Shown: positions 19,879 through 29,680 of the stretch, one piece after another
Layout: every line of letters begins with the position of its first letter
Numbering within the stretch: the first letter of the stretch is position 1
NCBI GenBank assembly: GCA_963750165.1
Contig: CAVVPN010000003.1
Coordinates: forward strand, 320,001-384,000
Reading direction: 5' to 3'
From: an uncultured Gemmataceae bacterium
Lineage (GTDB): Bacteria; Planctomycetota; Planctomycetia; Gemmatales; Gemmataceae
Length of the DNA stretch: 64,000 nucleotides
Translations under genes and position numbers: made by a program
The notes under the pieces: generated by a model
Database searches by the model: none
What the model saw: the letters and a program-made list of their open reading frames with translations, nothing else
What the model was told of the DNA's origin: nothing

Positions 19879-21618
19879 ATGATTGCTCCCCCACAGCCCG
19901 CGCCAGTTGCAGTCCCCGTCCCGGCCTCGGATGCCATCACGGTTTACTGTCCTGCGCCGGCCGCAATCCGGTCGCCCCTCTGCTGGCCGCTGGCATTGGC
20001 CGGCCAGTTCGTGCTCGTCTTCGCCGTCGTCACCCTGTCCGCCCCCGGCCGCATTGACATCGTCGATGGCCAGACGCGCTACGAGGTGGCCCGCAGTCTG
20101 GTCGATCACGGCGATTCGAAGATCCGCGACGAGAAGACCTGGTTCGCCGTCTACAACGGCCGCGATGGCGACCTGTACACCGACTACCGCTTCCCGCAGT
20201 CCAGCCTCGGCGTGCTGCTCATCTGGGCCGCCGACGCCACCGGCCCCGTCTGCGAACTGCGCCGCCAGTTCTTCTACGCGCTGATGAGTCCCCTGGCGTG
20301 TGCGCTGCTGGCGCTGGCTTATTCCGTCTGGTTCCGGGCGCTGGGCTACCGCCCCCGGGTCAGCCTGTTCTGGGCGACCGCCGGCATCTTCTGCACGCCG
20401 AACTGGTTCTACGGCACCAGCACCTTCGACGACATTCTCGGCACCGCGACGGTGGTGCTGGCGGTGGTGGTGATGTGGCTGGGCAGCGCCCGGCGACCAC
20501 TGCTGGCGGCGGTGGTGACGGGGCTGCTGTTCGGCTGGGCGTACAACTGCAAGCCGCCGCTGGTGTTCTTCGCGCTGCCGGCACTCGTGGCCGGCTGGCG
20601 CGGCGCCTGGCCGGGCCGGCGGCAGTTCGCCCAGGCGGCCGTGGTGGCCGGCGGCGTCCTGCTCGGCATGGTCGCCATGAAGCTGTACCACGCCCACAAG
20701 TTCCCCGACTACGTCCTCGACCCGATGGAGGAGTACGAGAGTCTGTACGGGCCGTATTTCACATCAAACCCGCTGCCGGGCCTGGTCAGCCTGATCTTCA
20801 GCCCGTCGGCCGGGGCACTGTGGTATTGCCCGACGCTGCTGCTGGTGGTCCACGGGCTGGTGGCGTGGCGCGGCCGATACCGGGCGTTCACGGTAGCGGC
20901 GCTGGCGGCGTGCCTGGCGTTCTTCGGGTTCGTGTCGTGCCTGTCCTTCTTCAAGGGCGAGCCCTGCTGGGGGCCGCGCTACCTGACACCGCTGTTCGCG
21001 CTGCTGTGGGTCTGGGCGCCGGCGGCCCTGGAGCGCGTCGGCCGCGGTCTGGTAGTGAGCGTGCTCGGCCTGGGACTGCTGATGCAACTGCTCGGCCTGA
21101 GCATGGACCCGCACCGGCTGTTCCTCGAAGTGCCGCTGCACTGGAACTACTATGTACGCTATCCCTGGCTGAGCTTCGCCCCGACGACCTCGCATCTGCT
21201 GTATCGGCCCGGTGAGATTGTGGACGTGCTGACTTCTGGCCGCCGGTCGCCGGAGTTCGGCCCCGGGCCGCTGGCGACGCACGTCGGCGGCTTCGAGACC
21301 GAGCGGCGTGTGGTGCCGATGAGCCTGGCGACTCTGCTCGGCACCCTGGCCATGCCAGTGGGGCCGGCGCCGGTGGTGGCGGTGTCGTCAATGAGGATGT
21401 CCACCGTGCCGCAGAACATGGAAGCGATGCAGGCGGCGTGCGGCCGGTATCACATTTTTAACGCATTCCGGCCGTGGTGGGCGTCACAGGGCTACCTGGC
21501 CCCGGCGGATCGGCCGGTGGACCTGGAACGCACGCTCGTGCTGCTGCTCGCGCTGATCGGCGGCGGGTTGGGGTTGATGCTGATCGGCGGCCGACTGCCG
21601 CGGGGCGAACGGGCATGA
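19879..21618 (+). CDS. Polytopic GT-C-fold (ArnT/PMT-like) glycosyltransferase, paralog 1
   Basis: First-loop IDIVDGQTRYEVARS, WFYGTSTFDD, SP..G.LWYCP, WGPRYLTP; many TM segments. Confidence 0.7.
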   Translation: MIAPPQPAPVAVPVPASDAITVYCPAPAAIRSPLCWPLALAGQFVLVFAVVTLSAPGRIDIVDGQTRYEVARSLVDHGDSKIRDEKTWFAVYNGRDGDLYTDYRFPQSSLGVLLIWAADATGPVCELRRQFFYALMSPLACALLALAYSVWFRALGYRPRVSLFWATAGIFCTPNWFYGTSTFDDILGTATVVLAVVVMWLGSARRPLLAAVVTGLLFGWAYNCKPPLVFFALPALVAGWRGAWPGRRQFAQAAVVAGGVLLGMVAMKLYHAHKFPDYVLDPMEEYESLYGPYFTSNPLPGLVSLIFSPSAGALWYCPTLLLVVHGLVAWRGRYRAFTVAALAACLAFFGFVSCLSFFKGEPCWGPRYLTPLFALLWVWAPAALERVGRGLVVSVLGLGLLMQLLGLSMDPHRLFLEVPLHWNYYVRYPWLSFAPTTSHLLYRPGEIVDVLTSGRRSPEFGPGPLATHVGGFETERRVVPMSLATLLGTLAMPVGPAPVVAVSSMRMSTVPQNMEAMQAACGRYHIFNAFRPWWASQGYLAPADRPVDLERTLVLLLALIGGGLGLMLIGGRLPRGERA

Positions 21619-23381
21619 ACACGTGCGCGTGGCCCTGGGTACTGGTCTGTGCGGGCCAGTTCGTGGCGGTGTTCGCGCTGGCGGCGCTGTCCGGGCCGGG
21701 TCGCATTGACATTGTGGATGGCCAGACACGCTACGAGGTGGCGCGCAGTGTTGTCGAACACGGCGACGTGAAAATCCGCGACGAGCGGGTCTGGTTCCTG
21801 GTATTCCCCGGCCGCGACGGCGCGCGCTACACCAAATATCGGCTGCCGCAGAGCGTGCTGGGCGTGGCCGCGATCACACTGGCGGACGCGACCGGCCCCG
21901 CGACGGAACCGCGGCGACGCTTCTGCTTTGTGCTGACCAGCGCGTTCGCGTGCGCCCTGGTGTCGGTGGCGTTCGCGCTGTGGTTTCGCCGCACCGTGGG
22001 GCAGACATTCCTGTCTGCCAGTCCCGCGGCAGACAGGAATGTCTGCCCCACGAGCCGAAGCGCCGTCGCCTGGGCGCTGCTGGGCATCGTGGCGACGCCG
22101 TGCTGGTTCTACGGCACCAGCACCTTCGACGACATCCTCGGCACGGCGGGCCTGGTCTGGGCGGTCGTGCTGGCGTACCTCAGCCGCGAACACCGGCCGC
22201 TGCTCGGCGCCGCCGCGGCGGGGCTGCTGCTCGGCTGGACGTTTCACTGCAAGGAACCGCTGGGCGTTTTCGTGCTGGCCGTGCTGGCCGCCAACCTCGA
22301 CTGGCGACGGCCGCTGCGGGCTCAATGGCCGCGAGTCGCCCTGATCGTCGGCGGACTGGCGCTGGGCGTTGCCACCTACCAGGCTTACGAAGCCTACAAA
22401 TTTCCCCCCGAAGCGACGGCGAACCACGCGGAACTGCTGCGGCGCTACGTGCCCTACTGGACCGCCAATCCGCTGCCGGCGCTGGCGGCGTTCACGCTGA
22501 GCCCGGGCGCCGGCGTCCTGTGGTACTGCCCGCCGCTGCTGCTGTGCCTGGTCGGCCTCTACCGCTGGTGCGCCGCCGAACCGTGGTTGTGCCGGGCGGT
22601 CGTGGTCGGTTGCGTCGTCTTCATCGGCTTCCTGTCGTTCCTGACGTTCTTCAACGGCGACCCGGCGTGGGGGCCGCGCTACCTGACGCCGCTGTTCGCG
22701 CTGCTGTGGTTGTTCGCGCCGGCCGGCGCCGCGGTGCTGCGGCCGCTGCCGGTGCGGGCGCTGCTGGTGCTCGGCGTCGTCGTGCAGCTGCTCGGCCTGA
22801 GCGTGGACCCGCACCGTCTGTTCCTGGCTCGCAACCTGCCGTCGGCGTTCTACCACAACCTGCCCGGTGGGCCGTGGCTGTACTTCGATGCGAACGTCTC
22901 GCAGCTGGTCAACCGGCCACGGCTGATCGGCGAAATCCTGCAGTCCAATGGCGAACAGGAGGTCGCGTTCACGCCGGGGCCGGAGCCGACCTTCGCGTTC
23001 CCGGTTCTGGATTTCGTCGATCGCGCCGACTCGGTGCTGCTGACCAGTACCGTCGGCCTGGCGGCGGGTCTGCCGCTGACGAGCCCGGCCGTGTTTCTGA
23101 CGCGCGACCTGCACGAACGCCGGCGCACGGACGCGGTTCACCGTTACCACGTTCTGAACTCGTTCCGCCCGTGGTGGGCGAACCAGTGGTATCTGCCGCC
23201 GGCGGCCCGGCCAGTGGACCTCGCGGCGACGGCGGCACTGCTGGCGGCACTGCTGCTGGGCGGTCTCGGCGCGGTGACCCTGGGGCTGCGGGTGGCCAGG
23301 AACCGTTTGCCTCCCCCGGAGCCGCGACCTATGTTTGAACAACCTGGAAAAGCTGGGACGGAAGAGGCGTTATCCCCTTAA
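21615..23381 (+). CDS. Polytopic GT-C-fold glycosyltransferase, paralog 2 (carries in-frame REP)
   Basis: Same motifs as paralog 1; ATGA overlap. Confidence 0.7.
   Translation: MNTCAWPWVLVCAGQFVAVFALAALSGPGRIDIVDGQTRYEVARSVVEHGDVKIRDERVWFLVFPGRDGARYTKYRLPQSVLGVAAITLADATGPATEPRRRFCFVLTSAFACALVSVAFALWFRRTVGQTFLSASPAADRNVCPTSRSAVAWALLGIVATPCWFYGTSTFDDILGTAGLVWAVVLAYLSREHRPLLGAAAAGLLLGWTFHCKEPLGVFVLAVLAANLDWRRPLRAQWPRVALIVGGLALGVATYQAYEAYKFPPEATANHAELLRRYVPYWTANPLPALAAFTLSPGAGVLWYCPPLLLCLVGLYRWCAAEPWLCRAVVVGCVVFIGFLSFLTFFNGDPAWGPRYLTPLFALLWLFAPAGAAVLRPLPVRALLVLGVVVQLLGLSVDPHRLFLARNLPSAFYHNLPGGPWLYFDANVSQLVNRPRLIGEILQSNGEQEVAFTPGPEPTFAFPVLDFVDRADSVLLTSTVGLAAGLPLTSPAVFLTRDLHERRRTDAVHRYHVLNSFRPWWANQWYLPPAARPVDLAATAALLAALLLGGLGAVTLGLRVARNRLPPPEPRPMFEQPGKAGTEEALSP
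21996..22051. repeat. Intragenic REP doublet with perfect 24-bp arms
   Basis: GTGGGGCAGACATTCCTGTCTGCC-agtcccgc-GGCAGACAGGAATGTCTGCCCCAC. Confidence 0.92.
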
Positions 23382-23396
23382 CGGCAGGAGAGACTC

Positions 23397-24200
23397 GTGG
23401 CAACTTCCGAACTGACCTGCGCCGACACGTCCAAACAATCCCCACGGCTGCACCCGCCCGAGCCCGGCACCCCTCGGCTCGAAGCCCTGCTGTCGAGCCG
23501 GCTGCAGCGCTACATCCTGTTCGACCGCATCAACCGTCCGTACCTGCGCTGGCAGGTGGAGCAGTTTGACAAATTCCTCGGCGCGCGCGTGCTGGAGATT
23601 GGCTGCGGCGTCGGCGGCATCATCAACCTGCTGAAGCCGCGCGAGCTGATTTACGGCCTCGACGTGGAAAGCGACGTGCTGGAGTACGCCGCCGAGCGCT
23701 TCAGTGATCGGCCGGAGTGCAAGTTCGCCCTGCTGGACATCAACAACACCACGCCCGAGAAGTTCGCGGAGTTGCAGGCCCAGCGTTTTGACAGCATCGT
23801 CTGCATCAACGTGCTGGAGCACATCGAGGACGACGTGGCGGCCCTGCGGCGCATGGAGAGCCTGCTGCAACCTGGCGGCACGTTGGCCCTGCTGGTGCCG
23901 GCGCACATGGCCCTCTACGGCCCCTATGACAAGCTCGACGGCCACTACCGCCGCTACAGCAAGTCCTACTTCCGCAAGATCGTCGCCCAGACTTCGCTTC
24001 AGGTCCGCAGGCTGCGTTACTTCAACTTCCTGGGCGCGATGGGCTGGTGGGTGCAGTACAAACTGCTCCGGCGCACCATCCACGGCGAGGGCCAGTTCGG
24101 CATCATGAACTACGCGCTGCCGGTGGTGCGGCTGCTGGAGAAACTGTGCCCGCCGCCGTTCGGCCTGTCACTGGTCACCGTCTGTCAAAAGCCCGTTTAG
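23397..24200 (+). CDS. Class I SAM-dependent methyltransferase
   Basis: VLEIGCGVG, NVLEHIEDD, LVPAHMALYGPYD..GHYRRY (type seen in glycosylation loci). Confidence 0.9.
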   Translation: MATSELTCADTSKQSPRLHPPEPGTPRLEALLSSRLQRYILFDRINRPYLRWQVEQFDKFLGARVLEIGCGVGGIINLLKPRELIYGLDVESDVLEYAAERFSDRPECKFALLDINNTTPEKFAELQAQRFDSIVCINVLEHIEDDVAALRRMESLLQPGGTLALLVPAHMALYGPYDKLDGHYRRYSKSYFRKIVAQTSLQVRRLRYFNFLGAMGWWVQYKLLRRTIHGEGQFGIMNYALPVVRLLEKLCPPPFGLSLVTVCQKPV

Positions 24201-24307
24201 TCATTAGTCATTAGTCATTAGTTCAGAGGATGAGCGCCGGGAGAAGCGCCCATCCTCTGAACTAATGACTAATGACTAATGACTAATGACTAATGACTAA
24301 TGACTAA
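24197..24307. repeat. Inverted heptamer arrays (TTAGTCA)3 / (TGACTAA)6 around a hairpin
   Basis: Directly visible; central arms TTAGTTCAGAGGATG / CATCCTCTGAACTAA. Confidence 0.92.
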
Positions 24308-24390
24308 ACGAAAATTTGCCCGCGGCGTGAGTGTGATCTATGGTTTGGCAGGTTTTGACAAACCAACGTCATCCCCTCCGAGGCGCACTC

Positions 24391-25626
24391 ATGCAAGCGA
24401 CCCACTCCGACCCCGCCATCCTGCCCTTGCCGGTCGATCCGAACAACATCGAGGTCACCATCGTCATGCCGTGCCTGAATGAGGCGCTGACGGTCGGCAC
24501 CTGCATCCAGAAGGCGCTGGCGGCGCTGCAGAAGGCCAACATCAACGGCGAAGTGGTCATCGGCGACAACGGCAGCACCGATGGCTCGCAGGAGATCGCC
24601 ACGAAGCTCGGCGCCCGCGTGGTGCCGGTGGCGAAGCGCGGCTACGGGGCGGCGCTGCAGGCCGGCATCGCCGCCGCCCGCGGCCGCTACATCATCATGG
24701 GCGACTCGGATGATTCCTACGACTTCAGCAACATCGACCCGTTCGTGGAACGGCTGCGCTCCGGCGACGAGCTGGTCATGGGCAACCGTTTCCGCGGCGG
24801 TATCAAGCCGGGCGCCATGCCCTGGCACCACCGCTACATCGGCAACCCGGTGCTGACCGGCATTCTGAACCTGTTCTTCCGCACGCCCATCGGCGACGCC
24901 CACTGCGGCCTGCGCGGCTTCCGCAAGGACGCCTACGAACGCCTCGGCCTGACCACCACCGGCATGGAGTTCGCCAGCGAGATGGTAGTCAAGGCGTCGC
25001 TGAGCAAGCAGAAGATCAGCGAGGTGCCGATCATCCTCTACCCCGATGGCCGCGACCGGCCGCCGCACCTGCGCAGCTTCCGCGACGGCTGGCGGCACCT
25101 GCGCTTCCTGCTGCTGCTCTGCCCGCTGTGGCTGTACCTGATTCCGGCTGCGTTCCTGCTGACGGTCGGCCTGGGCCTGATGGCCTGGCTGACGCCGGGA
25201 CCGCAAACGGTCGGCCGCGTGGTCTTCGATGTGAACACCATGCTCATGGGCACCATGATGGTGTTCGTCGGCTACCAGCTGGCGTGGCTGGGCGGCTTCG
25301 CCAAAACGCACGGCTGGACCAGCGGCCTGTTGCCACCGGACACCTTCTCGCTGCGCCTGTTCGACTACTTCTACCTGGAACGCGGCCTGATCTTCGGGGC
25401 CACGCTGTTCCTGTCCGGCGTCGGTCTGACGGGCTACCTGGGCTGGTTCTGGTGGGCCAACAATATGGGCACTCTGGACATGCAGGTGACCGTTCGCGCT
25501 ACTCTGTGGGCCTTCACGACGTTGGTCCTCGGCCTGCAAACGATGTTCGGCAGCTTCTTCCTGAGCATGCTGGGCATGACCGAAAAGGCCCGCGAAGCGC
25601 GGTCCAAAGCCCGCGTCGCCGCGTAA
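24391..25626 (+). CDS. GT2 polyprenol-phosphate glycosyltransferase (DPM-synthase-like) with C-terminal TM domain
   Basis: MPCLNE, DNGSTDGS, GYGAA, MGDSDDSYD, GDAHCGLRGF, GMEFASEM, DGWRHLRF. Confidence 0.92.
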   Translation: MQATHSDPAILPLPVDPNNIEVTIVMPCLNEALTVGTCIQKALAALQKANINGEVVIGDNGSTDGSQEIATKLGARVVPVAKRGYGAALQAGIAAARGRYIIMGDSDDSYDFSNIDPFVERLRSGDELVMGNRFRGGIKPGAMPWHHRYIGNPVLTGILNLFFRTPIGDAHCGLRGFRKDAYERLGLTTTGMEFASEMVVKASLSKQKISEVPIILYPDGRDRPPHLRSFRDGWRHLRFLLLLCPLWLYLIPAAFLLTVGLGLMAWLTPGPQTVGRVVFDVNTMLMGTMMVFVGYQLAWLGGFAKTHGWTSGLLPPDTFSLRLFDYFYLERGLIFGATLFLSGVGLTGYLGWFWWANNMGTLDMQVTVRATLWAFTTLVLGLQTMFGSFFLSMLGMTEKAREARSKARVAA

Positions 25627-25639
25627 CCTGACCTTCTTC

Positions 25640-25667
25640 GTGGGGCAGACATTCCTGTCTGCCCCAC
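25640..25667. repeat. Single REP GTGGGGCAGACATTCCTGTCTGCCCCAC
   Basis: Same family as 21996-22051, 35906-35933 and 49396-49423. Confidence 0.85.
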
Positions 25668-25742
25668 GCAGAAACGCCTTGTCCGCCGCCGCCGGGGCCG
25701 GTATACCTCGTGCCGCCCACCCCCCGCACGGAGGCCCCCGGC

Positions 25743-27029
25743 ATGGCGTCCCCCCAACTGCCCACCCCAGCCAAACCGCTGCCGTCGCAGCGCACCTTGC
25801 TCATCCTGGGCGTGCTGCTGCTCGTCGGCTGGGCGGCGCTCTGGACAGTCAGCCTGACGCGCAACCGCCTCGTCGGCGGCCGGCACACCTGGCTGCCTGC
25901 GTGGGAGTTTCTCGGCCTCGACTTCCTCAGCAACTATTACGCCGCCAACCACTGGCTCCGCGGTGGCGACCCGTACTCCGAGCCGTTCAACGACCCCCTC
26001 GGCCGGCCGATTTGCTATCCGCCCGTCGTTCTGCCGCTGTTCGCCTGGTGCGGTCTGCTGTCGGCGCGCGCGGCCGTCGTCGTCTGGACGGTGGCGCTCG
26101 CGGCGTTCGCGGTCCTGGGCGCCGTCGTGGCCTGGCGGACGCGGCGGCAACTGGGGCTGACGGACCTGCCGCTGCCGTTCGTGCTCGCCGCAGTGCTGTG
26201 CAGCACGCCGGTGCTGTTCGCCCTGGAACGCGGCAACTGGGACCTGATGGTGCTGGTGCCGCTGACCATCGCGGCCTGGGCGCTGCGCGAAAAGTCGGCG
26301 GCGCGCGACGGCCTGGCCGGCGCCTGCCTGGCGCTGGCGGCGTGGCTCAAACTCTATCCGGCGCTGCTGGTGTTGGTGTTCCTCGTCCAGCGCCGGTATC
26401 GCGCCCTGGGCGTCTTCGCCGCGGTCTGTGCCGGCCTGGTCGCGCTGTACTGGCCGCAGTTCCCGCAGATGTACGCCAACATGCAGGCGGTCATCCAGCA
26501 CAACACGCCTGGCGGCTTCGACCCGACCGCCCACACCATCAGCGGCTTCTGGAAGTATTTCTTCGAGGGCTGGACGGGCACCCGACTCGCGTTCCTGGCG
26601 CGGCTGCCGGCGACGGTCGCGGCCTGCGTCCTGGTGCTGCCCGTGGTGCTCGGCGTGTCGTGGCGGCTGTGGCAGACGCCGCAGCGTGAGCGACTCGTCT
26701 TCCCGTACCTGCTCTGGCTCGCCGCCGCGGCGACCTTTATGCCGAAGACCGCCAACGACTATAACTTCTTCTTCCTGCCGCTGGCCGTGCTCGCCGTGTG
26801 CGACCGCCGCGACGGCGTTGTCGTCCACATGCTGCTGGGCCTGCTGCTGCTGTGGTGGCAGCCGAAACTGCTGCTCATCCACCCGAAACTGCTCTTCTGC
26901 TTCAAGGTCGGCGGCTTCCTGGCGCTGACGTACTGCCTGCTCCGCCGCGCCGCGGAACTCCGTGCGGCGGCGGTGGAAGGCACCGCGCCGCCGGTGCCGG
27001 ACGCTGTGCCGCAGCGCCGCGCGGCGTGA
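25743..27029 (+). CDS. GT87/DUF2029-family GT-C glycosyltransferase
   Basis: DFLSNYYAA..GGDPY..YPP, LERGNWD, LKLYP. Confidence 0.85.
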   Translation: MASPQLPTPAKPLPSQRTLLILGVLLLVGWAALWTVSLTRNRLVGGRHTWLPAWEFLGLDFLSNYYAANHWLRGGDPYSEPFNDPLGRPICYPPVVLPLFAWCGLLSARAAVVVWTVALAAFAVLGAVVAWRTRRQLGLTDLPLPFVLAAVLCSTPVLFALERGNWDLMVLVPLTIAAWALREKSAARDGLAGACLALAAWLKLYPALLVLVFLVQRRYRALGVFAAVCAGLVALYWPQFPQMYANMQAVIQHNTPGGFDPTAHTISGFWKYFFEGWTGTRLAFLARLPATVAACVLVLPVVLGVSWRLWQTPQRERLVFPYLLWLAAAATFMPKTANDYNFFFLPLAVLAVCDRRDGVVVHMLLGLLLLWWQPKLLLIHPKLLFCFKVGGFLALTYCLLRRAAELRAAAVEGTAPPVPDAVPQRRAA

Positions 27030-27410
27030 AGTGCCAGCGGTGGGGGTGGCACTGAACGGGAAGGTGAGGTTTACGAAGCCAGGACACGTTTCCGAGACCT
27101 GCTGACTACCGGTTGGCTTGCGCCGCCTCGTGGGTTCGGTTTATTTACACGACGCGCGTGGTGGACATCGCGTGCGGCGCAACAAAACGAAGTCGGCCTG
27201 ACGCGGCACGTCGCCGACCGGCATGTTGAGTTCCAGCTGGTAGTGGCTCTCCACCAGCGGCCGCAGGAGTTCGGCGAATACCGGATGCCATTGCTTCTTC
27301 GTCACGCCTGCCTCCGGGAAAAGTGGTCAGGCGAGGCTGGACGGAGCAGCAGTTCGCCGGGGATTCGCTCGGGTATTCTTGGCGCGTGTGCAGGGAAGTC
27401 AACGCGCCGG

Positions 27411-27564
27411 ATCTCGACATATGAAAAAGTTGGCGTCCCTGGCGTTCTTGGCGTCCTTGCTGTGGCAACCGCCGCCATCAGGCGCCGCACCGTGCCGGCA
27501 AGGCTGCCCAATCTCGACGTATGAAAAAGTTGGCCCCCTTGGCCTCCTTGGCCCCCTTGCTGTG
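27411..27564. repeat. Two 54-bp direct repeats 100 bp apart with internal 9-mer units
   Basis: ATCTCGAC(A/G)TATGAAAAAG(TTGGCNNCC-like)x3 TTGCTGTG at 27411 and 27511. Confidence 0.85.
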
Positions 27565-27677
27565 TAGCCCGGCGCCGCCCGCTGCCTGCCCGTGCCAGCC
27601 GCCCGCGGTTGCGAATCGCCCGGCCGGTCCCCTATACTACAACAGTGTCCAGCACGCCAACGAGGGGAGTGTGTACC

Positions 27678-29113
27678 GTGGCCATCCCGCAAGTCGCGAT
27701 TGTCGGCCGGCCGAACGTCGGCAAGTCGTCGCTGTTCAACTGGCTCGCGGGCCGGCGTATCGCCATCGTCGATCCGACGGCCGGCGTCACGCGCGATCGC
27801 CTCACGACCCTGGTGCGCGCCGACGACCGCTTCTTCGAACTGGTGGACACCGGCGGCCTGGGCATTGAGGACGTGGACGGCCTGACCGCCGACATCGAAC
27901 GCCAGATCAACAACGCCATCGAACAGGCCGCCGTGATTCTGTTCATCGTGGACGCGCGCCGGCCTGATGGCCCTGGACGAGGAAGTGGTCCAGCGGCTGC
28001 GGCACGTGACGCCACCGGTGATCCTGGTGGCGAACAAGTGCGACACGCCGGAACTGGAGCCGCAGGTCGCGGAGTTCTACAAGCTCGGCCAGGGCCGGCC
28101 GGTCTGCGTCAGCGCTCGAGCAGAACCGTGGCCGCCAGCTGTTGCTGGACCTGATCCGGGCGCGACTGCCGGCCGCCAGCGACGAGGCGCTGCCGGACCC
28201 GCACGCGGCGTTGAAGTTGGCCATCGTCGGCCGCCGTAACACCGGCAAGAGCACGTTCATCAACTGCCTGGCGGAGGGCGACCGGGTCATCGTCAGCGAG
28301 GTGCCCGGCACCACCCGCGACAGCGTGGACGTGCGCTTCGAGCGCGACGGCAAGGCGTTCATCGCCATCGACACGGCGGGCGTGCGGCGCAAGGGCAGCC
28401 TGGCGTCGGACATTGAGTTTTACAGCCTGGCGCGTGCGGAGCGTTCGATCCGTCGGGCCGATGTGGTGCTGCTGTTCTTCGACGCCGCGGAGTCGGTCAG
28501 CAAGGTGGACAAGCAGCTGGCGCACTACATTCTGGAGGAGCACAAGCCGGCGATCTTCGTGGTGAACAAGTGGGACCTGATGAAGGGGCTGGCGACGGGC
28601 GAGTTCGGGACGTATTTGCGGAAGACGTTCCCGAACCTGGACCATGTGCCGCTGGCGTTCATCACGGCGAAGGACGGCAAGAACGTCAAGGCGGTGCTGA
28701 ACCTGGCCCAGGCGCTGCACAAGCAGGCGAGCGCCCGCGTGAGCACAGCCGACCTGAACCGGGTGTTGCGGCAGGCACTGGAGCAGGCGCCGCCACCGAT
28801 GCGGCAGAACCGGCGGGCGAAGGTGTACTACGCGACGCAGGTGGCGGCCAACCCGCCGACCATCGTGCTGTTCACCAATGGGCCGGAGCTGTTCGACAAC
28901 ACATATCAGCGCTACTTGCTGAAGGCGTTCCGCGATCACCTGCCGTTCCATGAGGTGGCGATCAATCTGTACCTGCGCCGCAGCAAGAGCGAGGAGCGGC
29001 CGGACGCCGCAGCGGAAACCGCGGCGCCGGCGCGGCTGGGGTCGAAGGCAAAGCGGGCGCGGGGGGCGGGCCAGAAGGCGGACGGGGTGCCGGAACTGTG
29101 GCAGGATCTGTAA
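27678..29113 (+). CDS. der: Ribosome biogenesis GTPase Der, two apparent frameshifts (~27960, ~28120)
   Basis: GRPNVGKSSLFN..GVTRD..DTGG..NKCD; GRRNTGKST..GTTRD..DTAG..NKWD; KVYYATQV..PPT KH-like tail. Confidence 0.96.
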
Positions 29114-29125
29114 GGGGGTCCGGGC

Positions 29126-29605
29126 ATGAAGACAGCGAAACGGCGGCTGGGGCTGCTGGCGGCGCTGCTGCTGGGGCTGAGTCCGGTGCTGACGGCGGTG
29201 GCGACGCCGCGGCAGGGGGGCGGGTTCAAGACGGCGGAGTTCAAGGGGAAGGTGCTGCCGCTGGCGAAGGTGCTGGAGCAGCGCGGCGCCAAACTGGACC
29301 CGGACGCGGCGCCGCAGTGGCTGGCGCTGGTGACGGACGACGGCAAGGCGTATCCACTGGTCAAGGACGACGGCAGCCGCATGTTTTTCAAGGACGCCAA
29401 ACTGCTGGGCCGGCCGATGCGGTTGACTGGCCGCCTGGTGGAGGGCACGGGGCTGCTCCAGGTCGTCAACGTGCATAGCTACGTGAAGGGCCAGTTGCAC
29501 GAGGTGTATTACTGGTGCGACATCTGTTCGATCCGCCGCAATGAGTTGAACAAGTGCGACTGCTGCGGTGAGATCCTGGTGCTGCGTGAGGCGCCGGTCA
29601 AGTAA
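29126..29605 (+). CDS. Exported hypothetical protein with C-terminal CxxC-x8-CxCC cluster
   Basis: Signal-like N-terminus; YYWCDICSIRRNELNKCDCCG. Confidence 0.75.
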   Translation: MKTAKRRLGLLAALLLGLSPVLTAVATPRQGGGFKTAEFKGKVLPLAKVLEQRGAKLDPDAAPQWLALVTDDGKAYPLVKDDGSRMFFKDAKLLGRPMRLTGRLVEGTGLLQVVNVHSYVKGQLHEVYYWCDICSIRRNELNKCDCCGEILVLREAPVK

Positions 29606-29617
29606 CGCGGTAAACAC

Positions 29618-29663
29618 AGGGCCCTGAAGAAGTCAACGCCTCTTCAGGGCCTTGCTCATTTTC
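29618..29663 (+). terminator. Hairpin between convergent genes
   Basis: GGCCCTGAAGA..TCTTCAGGGCC. Confidence 0.6.
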
Positions 29664-29680
29664 CATTCGCCACTGGCCGA

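Noticed and set aside
17992..20697. 901-aa minus-strand ORF as one gene
   Set aside because: Only the central part is protein-like (flippase-like); the rest is antisense to real genes or out-of-frame read-through
27411..27564. CRISPR array
   Set aside because: Only two degenerate 54-bp units with internal 9-mer periodicity; no cas genes
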